64,000 nt of DNA from Lama glama. Taxonomy: Eukaryota. A program made the position numbers and the translations under genes. The notes beneath the pieces are model-generated. The model was given only the letters and a program-made list of their open reading frames with translations. It was not told the origin of the DNA and made no database searches. Each line of letters opens with the position of its first letter. Position 1 is the first letter of the stretch. The stretch spans positions 43,340,001 through 43,404,000 of the forward strand of contig CM052818.1 in the NCBI GenBank assembly GCA_028534125.1, written 5' to 3'. Below are positions 1-11,070 of this stretch, piece after piece.

Positions 1-146
1 TCCTTCACAGCCCTCAGAAGGAACCAACTTTTCCAACACCTTGACCCCAGACTTCTCAATTCCAGAACTATGAGAAAATACAGTTTTGCTGTTTAAGCCA
101 CCCAGTCTGTGATACTTTGTCATGGCAGCCCTCGCAGATGAATACC
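1..146 (+). mobile_element. MaLR LTR 3' end (MLT1B/MLT1C-like), truncated by window edge
   Basis: cagccctcagaaggaaccaac...tccagaactatgagaaaata...tgtttaagccacccagtctgtgatactttgtcatggcagccct matches the recalled MLT1B/C 3' terminus. Confidence 0.85.
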
Positions 147-1899
147 TCACCCCATATGATGACTTTTTTTCTGCACCTAATTTCAAGGCTCATGAGGGGT
201 TAAAAGAAGTTCCAGCACATGTGAGTATCTGTCCATTTCTGAGACCATGCAGTTATGTAACTATTCCTTTTGTGAATAAAGCTAATAAAATGTCAGAGTG
301 ACTTCTGCTGTTTATTCCCTTCCTTTCATTCTTTCTTTTCTTTCATTTTTTTCCTTTCTTTTGTGTCTCTGCAAGTTTTACAGAAGCAATTATAAATGCA
401 TGCACAGTATCTATGATGAAAAAAAGTCACGTCTGCCATTCAATCTGGTGAATCAGGATAATAGGATTTTAGAGTTAGTAAAACTTGAGAGTTTTATTCT
501 AACCTGTTACATAATATTCTTGGCTCAAGCCTTTACTTGATAGCAAGCAGATTCTTTTTAAAAAAAAAGTTTGTTATTATAAAAAATATTATTTATAATA
601 TTGTATTTAAAAAAAAACTTTAAAGACCCGTGTCCCAAAGTTATTTTGACAGAAGATACTTGTTTATCAATCATACAGAACTAAATGTCTTAAAAAAAAT
701 AAAACTATTCAGCCAAACACAACAGAATCATGAAGTAGCTCTTTTGGGTAAAAGGAGAGCCACAGAAGAACTCTTAATTTCAGAAATATGGATGTATCAA
801 TATAATTTTTAAGGACTGAAAAAATTTATAGAAAAAAACTCTTGAAAAATGTACTGTTTGATTATCTGAAACATTACTTACGTAAACTCAATTGATATAT
901 AATGAGGTTAAGTAAAAAAAAATACAATTTTTATTCATTAAGAAACTGATATACATCTTCAGGGTAAAAAAGTTAAAACAATCATTTCTGAACAGAACAA
1001 ACTTTTGTAAGTTTGAAAAAAATGTATTTTATTTGAGAGACAAAAAGGAGTCACCTTTGTGCAGCCTGGCCTCTGAGCTCACTTCTTAAGAGAAGAACTG
1101 ATAAGATCCAAAGCATACCCACTCCGCAGCGAGGGTCTCTGGTGAGGTGAACAACACATCATGAATCACAGTGACATTCCTGATATACAAATCCCTGGAG
1201 GAGGAGCAAAACTTTTGTGGGGTTTGGGGTAGGGAGTAGGGAAGTAGGAGGTATGGGGTATTGCAAACTTTGATTTTGGACATAATTGCCTGAGTATAAC
1301 TTACGTATTTAACATTCAAATAGAAATATCTAGTGGGTTGCATAATATGGAAGCACGGAGACCTAGGGAGAGAACTATAGTGGAGCTTTATTGGGAGCAG
1401 ATCCATGACACCCACTCTAGATTTAAAAGCAGACAGCATGGAAAAAGAACACGATGTGTACAATCTAGGAGCAAAAGATCTTTAAAGTCTCAAAACGAAG
1501 AGGAATTCAGAATTAATACAGAAACAGGACCACTGTCCCCAGAGGACAGGTTGTTCACCTCCATAGGTTAGTCCATTACTGTCTGTTTTCTGAATTACTG
1601 CCCTATCTTTGACAGTGTGTTCCCAGCTTTCCATCTGGCTTTCTTCAGTCTGTTTTCCACGTTGAATCCAGTTTGATGTTTCCAAATTGAAAATCTGGTT
1701 TTTAAAAGTTTCTTTGCTTGAAGTCCTTTCACTCACTCTCCTCAGGTTGAGTTCCAGTGTTTTTAATGAACCCAACAGTCACCCATTATCTGCTCCTAGT
1801 CTTTCTTCATTTATGCTGCCTCCTATACCATAAAAGAAGCTCAACAGATTAGACTGACTTACCTGCTTGTTGATCTCTGAAGACTTCACATCTCTTTCT

Positions 1900-2240
1900 C
1901 TTCAATAATAATTCCTTCTCTAGAACATTTTCCTTCTCTCTTTCATCAGCACCTTAATCTGAACACCTTCATATTCTTTAGGTCTCAGAGTTGAGTTGTT
2001 ATTACAAAAAAAATTTCTCTGATTACCTAACACTGAATTGTGTTTCTGCAAGGTGCTTGTTGTTCTTAAACCATAACACATTTTCTGTTTACCTCTGCTT
2101 ACTTTTCTAAGAAGTAAACAGATTCTCTGTTTACTTCTCTAAGCTCCTTGTTGGAAAGGAACTTTATTTTGCTTAGCTAATAGATCCAGAACCCATCATA
2201 GCTCTAAGTGCATGGGGGGCAAGCAAAAAACATTTGTTAA
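1900..2240 (+). mobile_element. L2 LINE 3' fragment (highly decayed)
   Basis: Pyrimidine-rich stretch with 'taagctccttgttggaaagga...catttgttaa' resembling the L2 3' end; boundaries approximate. Confidence 0.45.
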
Positions 2241-2339
2241 AAAGCTGGAAGATAAATGCATTCCCTCTAGCTTGAGTCCTTCCTGTTCGCGTGACCTTAA
2301 ACTGGTTTCCAGTCTTAGATGAAAATTTCCACGTTTCCA

Positions 2340-2521
2340 ACAACAGGTTCATACTGTATAGCTCAGGAAACTATATTCAGTATCTTGTAGTAACTTGTGG
2401 TGAAAAGGAATATGAAAATGAATATGTGTGTTTTCATGTATGACTGAAGCATTGTGCTGTACACCAGAAACTGACACAACATTGTAAACTGACTATACTT
2501 CAATAAATATATATATACCAA
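2340..2521 (+). mobile_element. Lineage-specific (camelid-like) L1 3' UTR end, 5'-truncated, with TSD
   Basis: caacaggttcatactgtatagctcaggaaactatattcagtatcttgtag...gacacaacattgtaaactgactatacttcaataaa plus A/T-rich tail; flanked by near-identical aaaatttccacgtttcca (2322-2339) and aaagttatccatgtttcca (2522-2540). Confidence 0.85.
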
Positions 2522-5328
2522 AAAGTTATCCATGTTTCCAGTTCCCAAAATTATGGAAACTTTTATTGCGTATTTTGAAATTACATTTCAAAAAATTGGA
2601 ACACGCCTCAATGCCTGAAGATATATAGTCTAGGAACACAGGCGTTCCAATACACATAGTATATATGTGTTTATTCACCCAGTCATCAAATATCACTGAG
2701 CATGTACCATATACAGAACCTAACTTTGGAGCAGATGTATGACACAGAGAAATTAGGCCCTGTTATCAATGTGTATAGAGTGGTGTAAGTCTATGTCTTA
2801 ATGTAGATGGCTTCACAAATAGATATTAAAAACTATTTGACAGTTTCAGTGTGTCCCTCCCTCCTCCTCCCTGTGTCCCCACCAATGCTAGCACCCTGCA
2901 CCCCCTTTGCCTCCTACCTGTTCCTTGAGAGGAAAACAAAACAAAACAAAACTATTTGGCATGCTTGTCTGAATTATATAAAACTGTTGCTACTTGATAT
3001 ATTTTTGACCTAAAATAGAACAATTTCAATTGTTTCAACTGACTGGTTGGCCTGCAAATTTGAGATGTAAGATTTGATCGTATATGGTCTATAAATAAAT
3101 TTCAGCATACATGGTTTTAGTACAGGCAGAAATCAGGAGTCGTTTTTTCCCTCAAGGTTATAACCACATACTTTCAAGTAAATAAATATTTATTTATCAC
3201 CTTAATGTGTTTGCCACATGGGTAAAATATATGAATATTGCCTGCAGTCTCCAGTGCTTATATTTGAGTTATAGCCAAAAATATACAACCCTAACAATAC
3301 ATCTGGATTTATTCCAGTCGCTCATTAGATGTATTATTTTGGATGGTAATTGAAAACTTATTTCAAATACTCAACTCAAGCACCTATGGACATTCTTGAT
3401 ATTTGTCATTGTATAAGCCTTGAATTACACATTCACCCTGCTCCTTGCTCCAGGATAGGTGTCACTTTGTCATCAGGGAACTGAATATGTGCCTCAATCC
3501 AAATGTAAAAATTATATTCTTTCATAAACTCAATTCTTAATTCTCAGATGACATGATCACTTGGTGGCAGCCCATCTCCATCCCCTTGATGTTTAAGATG
3601 GTGGTAACGTCTGATTCCCTCATCCTTCTCTTTCTTGATAGTAACCAGAGGAATGATTTTGCACCAGTTTAGACAAGCTGGTAATCAAACAGCAGTCTTC
3701 CTGTTCCAAAGGAGCAGTAAGATTGGCTCAAAGATGCCATTGGGGTTACTGTCACCAACTATGGCTCTGGTTTTCACCTCACCATCAGAGCAAACAGGAA
3801 CAGCAGGGAGGGCTTCTGATGCCCATGTAGCAGTCAGAATGGAGGAGGAGTTTGGTATAATCCAGCAACCCATCGTGGCCCGTAGATGGTGAGAACCTGT
3901 CATATCTCATGCATGTTCATTATGGCCTTGTTATTCCCACAACTGCCATTTTAATTTAAAGTAGCAGTTGCTTTTGTGGAAGTGAAGGATGGTTTGAATT
4001 TTCACTGTTGTTTTTACCAAGCCAGTCATGTATGAATAGTCTGAGTGCTCAAACATGTAAGTATTGGTAAAAAAAAAAATCTCTTAGTAAACCTGAAGGC
4101 ATTTTTTTTTCATATTTTAAAAAAGAACAAAGATAGGTACTAAGTTGTGAGAATCAGAGGTAATATTTAAGATGTTGAGCACTACATCCGGTTAATGGTA
4201 GACTGGTTTTCTGTGACTGCTGGATTCCATTTTTGTTTAAAAAATTAAAAATTTTAAAAAGGAGTGAATGGATGAAGTGCTGTTTCCTCTCATCTGTCAT
4301 GCAAAGCCCATTTTAAATGACATTTTTCTCTTAGAAACCTCTCCCCATTCCCTGAGAGTTCTGAGTCCCTTCCCAGATAGTCTCTTAGTAGTCGCTTCAT
4401 ATGTATGAGGGTGAGAATGCATTTGAATTAATAATTGCATTTAAAGAATTCTAAAGAAACTGCATGGGCAGTGCATATGGCTTGTGAATATCTGGCATGT
4501 TTTGAAAAGGGCATGTAGTTGTATATAGCAAGAGGACATATTGCACAAAACTAGGAGAAAAAGGTGGGGTTTGCAATGGAAATTTAGGGGCAAAGGGCGA
4601 TTAGCCCATGTGATTCAAAGTGGAGGCATTTTGGTGAGTTTGGGCCTAATTAGCATGTTTAAATTATCTTTAGTTTTCCATGGAAGATGTCTGCCCTCAC
4701 GTCTATAAAGACCACATCTAACCAAGGGTAAAGTGTAGTCTGATACTGTGGAAGAGTAGGTGAAGGTAAGAGCTTAAAATTGCCACTGTGGGCTGACAGG
4801 ATAAATAGAAGTGTGGCTTGATAAACACAGGACACATAAAATGAAGCATGTAGAGGACACACCGGTGACTTTTCAGAGTTCAGGGAGGGAACAAGAAGAA
4901 AAGATGATTGGATTTTGGTCATTAATCTGCCAGATTATTTGTCAGAGTGCCAGGAACATTATGGTTCTTGGGATAACACCTAATTGCATCAACCAAATAA
5001 GCATATTTTACAGAACCTTCTGACCCCCCAGGATGTGTAAAAAGTAAGGCATTAAAAAAAATCAAATGGAAAAGGAATTATATGAAGTCAGTATTGCCTT
5101 CAAAGCATACATGAATGTTGTGATATTATTGCCTATTATACATTGGAAATTTGAAAGCTTTTAAAACCATTCAAGCACTTCTCCTAATAGCTGGAGAAAA
5201 ACATTATACTTTTCCCACATCAAGGAATAAAGATACTTATAGTAAGGGCTTTAAAATTTAAATTGCAGTAATGACCCTCTATTTTCACTCTGTATTTTGA
5301 GTTCTAAATCATTCCCCAGGAATGAATT

Positions 5329-5420
5329 TATCTGTCTGTCTGTCTGTGTATCTATCTATGTATCTATGTATCTGTCTATCTGTCTATTTATGTAGCTATC
5401 TGGTTTTCTATCTATTTACC
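5329..5420. repeat. (TCTG)n/(TCTA)n compound microsatellite
   Basis: tctgtctgtctgtctgtgtatctatctatgtatctatgtatctgtctatc... Confidence 0.85.
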
Positions 5421-5542
5421 TATATATTTAATATTTATTTGTTCATTTATAATTTTTATAATTTAATTATAAAAGAAAACCACTGCTGAAATTTGGATGC
5501 TTGAGTTACATTTATTTGCCTAAACAAAAGTTAATGGCTTTG

Positions 5543-5830
5543 AGAGGCTTCTTCCAACATGCAGTAGTAAGGAGGTTTGCAAATCCACTCCCTCAAAAGA
5601 GAAACTGGACAACACTATCAAAAACAGCTATTTCAGTGCTCTGAATATTAACCATAAATGACTACTGAACTTTGGGTAAGAGAGTGGGAAACTGTGTTCT
5701 TGTATGGGGCTGTTACCATCCCTTCCACCCTGGTTCTAGAGGTTTAAGCTGTGAAAATCAGCGTTTTCATTGCTGGGAGGGGCCAAATTCATTTGGAGCA
5801 GAGGGGAGAAAAAATGTTTTTGAAATCCAG
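5543..5830 (+). mobile_element. Old L1M (L1ME/MD-type) 5' end fragment
   Basis: gaggcttcttccaacat...aactggacaacactatcaaaaacagctatttcagtgctctg...ctgaactttgggtaaga resembles ancestral L1M 5' UTR starts. Confidence 0.45.
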
Positions 5831-6559
5831 TGTGTGTTTTAGCCTCATAGCCATAGCAATTCAAAAGGACCACATTTTAAGTGATCAGGAGCTATAAATG
5901 CCCAGTGGATTCCTAACCTCTATGTTAATTGGCCACCGGTTCCTTTTAATTAGAGCAAATATTGATGTAGTCTGACACTTCCCCTCCGTGTGCTCTTTCT
6001 CCATGGTTCTATTCAGACCCGCAACACTGCTTGTTTAGATGACAACCACAGTCTTCAAAGAACTTTCCTACTGGTTGTTGCTTTGAAATTTCTTGCTTCC
6101 AGTCCATTCCTTCCAGGGCCTCTGGGGCACTATTTAAAAAAAAAATAAAGAAAATCACTTATGTTTGTGTATTTATTGTGTGAATATTTGTTATGCTGTA
6201 CATTTCTCTTTATATACATTAAACCGTTATAAAACTTTACCTAAGAGAGACAAAGCCCTTCCATACCTGGGAGTCTGCAGTGGCACTACAGGGAGATACA
6301 TAGTCTCTTCCTTACCCAATGCATCTGCACAAACTTAACCCCCAACACTTATGGCCGCCACGGTGACTGAAATGCAAACTGCTCCAACCACTCAATTAAA
6401 ATGTGCTTTTTTCTTGTTTCCATGTAATCATATTAAGGAAACATACAGGATATGACCTTTGTGTCTGGCTTCTTAGACTGAGCTTACGATTTTTATGGTC
6501 CATCCGCATTGTGGTCTTGCTGGTTAAAATTAATGTGTATGTAAATGCTACATTTTGTC

Positions 6560-9170
6560 ATTATTTTATTGGTCATTTCACTATTCTATCCATTATTGAA
6601 AGTGAGGTATTGAAGTCTCTAGATACTATCCTAGAACTGTCTGTTACTCCCTTTAATTCTGCCAATGTTTGCTTCACATATTTCGAGACTCTGCTGTTTG
6701 TAGTTGTTACAACTTCTTTATGAATTGACCCTTTTATCAATATTAAATGCCTTATCTTTCTCTTATAACAACTTCTGACTTAAAATCTGTTTTGTTCACT
6801 ATTAGTATAAAGTCTTCAGCTCTTTATGCTTACTACTTGCATGGAATAAGTTTTTCTGTCCTTTCACTTTCAAACTACTAGTGCCTTAGGGTGTAAAATG
6901 GGTCTTTTATAAGGGGCATATAGTTGGGTATTGTCGTTTCCATCTGTTATGCTAGTTTCTGTCATTTATTTGGTGAACTCAATCCATTTACATTTAAAAT
7001 GATTACTGATATTGAAAAGCTTTTAACTTTGTCAATTTGCTTTCTATATGTTGTAAATATTATCTTCCTCAACTCCAGTACTGTCTTACTTTGTGTTTTA
7101 TTGAGTTTTTTATAGCACACTATTTTGATTTCCTCTTCATTTCCTTCATATATATATTTTTCAGTTATCCTCTTTGTGGTTACTATGAAGAGTATAGTTA
7201 AGACTTAAATTGATACCAGCTTAATTTCAATAGCATTCATGCACTCTCTCCCACACTTTATATTGTTATTGACATAAATAACATGTTTATATATTGTGTG
7301 CTAATCAATATAGATTTATAATTACCATTGGATGCATTTATCTTAAATCATATAGAAAACTAAATGACAAAAATAAAAAAAAAAACTGAACGTAGTTCTA
7401 TAGACCAATAATATTAGTGTTTACCTATATAGTTAACTTTACTAATGATGTCTATTTCCTTGTATGGCTTTGAGTCACTATACAGTGTCTGCCTTTATTT
7501 ATGTATTTTTTTCTAGCCTGAAAGACTCTTCAATATTTCTTGTATGACAGTTCTGCCACACGTACACCCCTAGCATTTGTTTATCTGAGAATATACTGAT
7601 ATCTCCTTCCTTCTTAAAAGGTAATTTTTCTAAATATAGAATTCTTAGTTTTTTTTCCCCAGCACTTTAAAAATATTACCTCACTGTCTTCTGGTCTGCA
7701 CGGTTTCAGATGAGAAAGTGGTTGTTAATCTTAGTAAAGTTTACTTCACACATCACTTTTCTCTTTCTGCTTTCAAGAGTTTGTCTTTGGCTTTTGGAAG
7801 TTTGGTTATAATGTGTCTCAGTGTGGATATTTTTTAGTTTATCCTGCTTGAGATTAATTAAGCTTCTGGATATTTAAATTCATGTTTTGCATCAAGTAAT
7901 GTTTTGCCCATAATATGTTCAAATAGTTTTTCTACCCTTTCTTCTCCTTCTGGGACTCTACTAATGTTAGTGTCAATGTTAGTAAGTTTAATGTTTGATA
8001 GTTCCCTAGGATCTGTTAATTTTTTTCTTTTTTCCTTTTTTCGCTTCACTGGGTAATTGTAATTGTCCTAATTTCAAGTTTGCTGTTTTGTTTTTTTTTT
8101 TTTTGCCTGCTGAAATCTTTTTTGAATTCTTCTATTGATTTTTATCTCTCAGCTATTACATTTTCAACTATTGAATTTCTGTTTGGTTCATTTTCATGAC
8201 TTCTCTTTATTGATATTCTTTGCTTGCTCATATACGGTATCCCTGACTTGCTTTAGTATTTTATCTATGATTTATTTCATCTATTTGGGCACTTTTAAGA
8301 CAAATAATTTAAAATACTTGTCTAGTAGGTCCAGTGACTGGGCTTTCTCAGGGATGGTTTCTGTCATTTTTGTTTTCCTGTGAATGAGCCATAGTTTCCT
8401 ATTTTTGTATGCTTTGTAGTTTTTTTTTGTTGTTGTTGAGAAATGGGCATTTTGGATATTGCACTGTGGCCTTTGGAAATTAGCTTTCTCCTTTCCCCAG
8501 GATTGCTGTTGTTTCTTGAGGAAGGTTGTAGTTTTTGTTCAGTGACTTTTCTAAACTATATATAGAAAACTATTTTCTAAACTATATACAGACTATAATC
8601 CTTGTCATGTGTGGTTAGGGAGTTTCTGTTCTATATTCTTCCTGGTCAGTCAGTGACATGAAAGAGATTTACTTTAGCGCCTGAATTAAATAATGGAAAA
8701 AGGGGTGTAGGGACTCTGTCTCTTTAAGTTCCTTGATCAACACTGCTAGGGAAGCTACTTAAGCCAGTGAGAATTGAAGTAATGGTGAGCCTCTGTGCCA
8801 TCCCCTCAGGGAACGGTCAGGTACATCAAAACCTACAGCCCCGTTTTTTGTAGGGCAAGGTCTCTATTGTCCAGTTTGGCACGAGAGAAATCTTAACCAG
8901 GAATGTGGCCACCATCTCTATAGCTGCCTACTGCAGGGATGGAGGTTGGAAAATTGTGCCCACTACTCAGAATGTGAAACCTCCCCAAAATTTACAAGCC
9001 TCTTTCTGCATCAAGTGCTCTTTAAAATTCTGCAGATGTTCAACTAGATTTCATAGTTTCCCTAGTTTAAATAGTTGATTCAGGTGATTCTTGAGCTAAA
9101 TAGTGTTCTTGGTAAAGAGTAAAAAAAAAAAAAAAAAACTTGCTTCCTCTTCAGCGTATTCTGTGAAATC
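6560..9170 (-). mobile_element. Old L1M 5' half (5' UTR, ORF1, start of ORF2), decayed
   Basis: T-rich plus strand. The ORF at 7858..8049(-), ELSNIKLTNI...SRVPEGEERVEKLFEHIMGK, resembles L1 ORF1p (NIRIIGVPEGEE..EKLFEEIMAENF). 6580-6960 resembles the ORF2 endonuclease start (ctatccattattgaaagtgaggtattgaagtctc). Confidence 0.85.
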
Positions 9171-9239
9171 CAAGATGTAAAGTTTTTATGCTACCTATTT
9201 TCATTCATTCTCTGCTTTCTTTTTTATATGTTAATTTAA

Positions 9240-11070
9240 TTTTAATGGACTTTTTTAAGAGTAGTTTTAGGATCACAAAAAAGTGAGTGAAAGTACAAAA
9301 GGTTCCCATATACCCTTTTTCCTATACATGCACGATCTCCTCCACTATCAACACACCTCATCAGGGTGGTACATATGTTGCAATCAATGAACCTATATTA
9401 ACACATGGTTATCACTCAAAGTCTGTATTTTACATTAGGGTGCACTCAGTGCTGTACATCGTGTAGATTCAGACTAATGTATAATTATGTATATCCACCA
9501 TCTTAGTATCATACAAAATTATTTACTAGACCCCCAAATCCTTTTTGCTATGCTTGTTCGTCCCCCCATCACCCCTAAATCCTGGCAACCACGGATTTGT
9601 AATGGCTTCATAGTATTGCCTTTTTCAGAATGTCATAGAGTTGGAATCTTATAACATTTAACTTTTTAGATTGACTTCTTTAACTTAGAAAAATGCACTA
9701 TAGGATCCTCCGTATCTTTTCTTGGCTTGACAGCTTATTTCTTTTTGATGCTGAATAATATTCCATCGTCTGGATGTACCACAGTTTATTTACCCATTCA
9801 CCTACTGAAGAATGTCTTGGTTGCTTCCCTGTTTTGGAATGACAAAACGAGAATAAAGTTGCTATAAACATATGAATATGTTTATATAAAATTAACATGA
9901 ATAAAGCTGCTATACACATCCATGTATATGTTTTATATGCATATATAGTTTTAATTCATTTGCTAAAATACCACGGAGTGTGATTTTTGCATTGTATGGT
10001 AAGAATCTGCTTAGTTTTGCAGGGAACCACCAAACTGTCTTCCAGAGTGTACACTTACCTTTCCCATCAGCAATGCATGAGAATCCTTGGTGCCTCACAT
10101 CCTTGCTAGCATTTTGTCTTGCCATATTTTAGATTTTGGTCATTCTCCTGGTGTCTAGTTGTTTTAATTTGCCTCTCCCTAATGACACATGATGTTGAAC
10201 ATCTTTTCATGGTTATTTTCCATATGGTCTATTGTTGGTCAGGTTTTTTGTTTATTTTTAATTAGGGTTTTCATGTTCTTGTTACTGAGTTCTTTGGATT
10301 TTGGGTCCAAAATATTTGGATAACAGTCCTTTATCATATGTGTCTATGCAGTTTTTTCCAGTTGGTGACTTGTCTTATCATTCTCTTGTCAGTATCTTTT
10401 TTCAGAGAAGAAGCTTCACATTTCAATGAAGTCCAGCTTATTAATTCTTCTTTCATGGCTCATGTCTTTGGTGTTGTACCTAAAAAGTTATCATCATATT
10501 CAATATCATCTCAAAGTTTTCCTGTGTTATCATGTAGGACTTACATAATATAGCATTTTACATTAATATCTGTATCCCATTTTGGATTAATTTTTGTAAG
10601 GGATAAAAGGTCTGTGTCTAGATTTTTTTTTTTTTTTGCATGTGGATATCCGGTTGTTGAGCATCATTCATTGAAGTGCCTATCTTTACTCTCTTTGTTG
10701 CCTTTGCTTCTTTGTCAAGGATCAGTTGACTGTATTTCTGTGGATGCATTTCTGAGCCCTCCATTCAGTGGATCTATCTGTTATTTCATCCATACTGCAC
10801 TCTCTTGATCACTGTATCTTTAGAGCAAGTCTTGAAGTCCGATGTTGTCAGTCCTCCAACTTGGTCCTTCTCCTTCAGTACTGTGTTGACAACTCTGGGA
10901 CTTTGCCCCTCCATGCAAACTGTGGAATCAGTTTGTTGAGAATCATTAAATAACTTGCTGGAATTTTGATGGGTAATGCAGTGAATCTATAGATCAAGCT
11001 GGGAAAGGCGAGCATCTTGAGAAAACTGACAGTATTATTTACTCCTCTCTGTCCATGATACATGTATCCA
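9240..11070 (-). mobile_element. L1MC1-like LINE, 3' UTR plus end of ORF2
   Basis: gacttttttaagagtagttttaggatcaca...ggtggtacatatgttgcaatcaatgaacctatattaacacat matches the L1MC1 3' end. The ORF at 10875..11063(-), KMLAFPSLIYRFTALPIKIP..LNKLIPQFAW, is an L1 ORF2 remnant. Confidence 0.9.

Noticed and set aside
6560..11070. One full-length L1
   Set aside because: The piece order is not collinear: on the minus strand the L1MC1 3' end precedes another element's 5' end, so these are two adjacent fragments.
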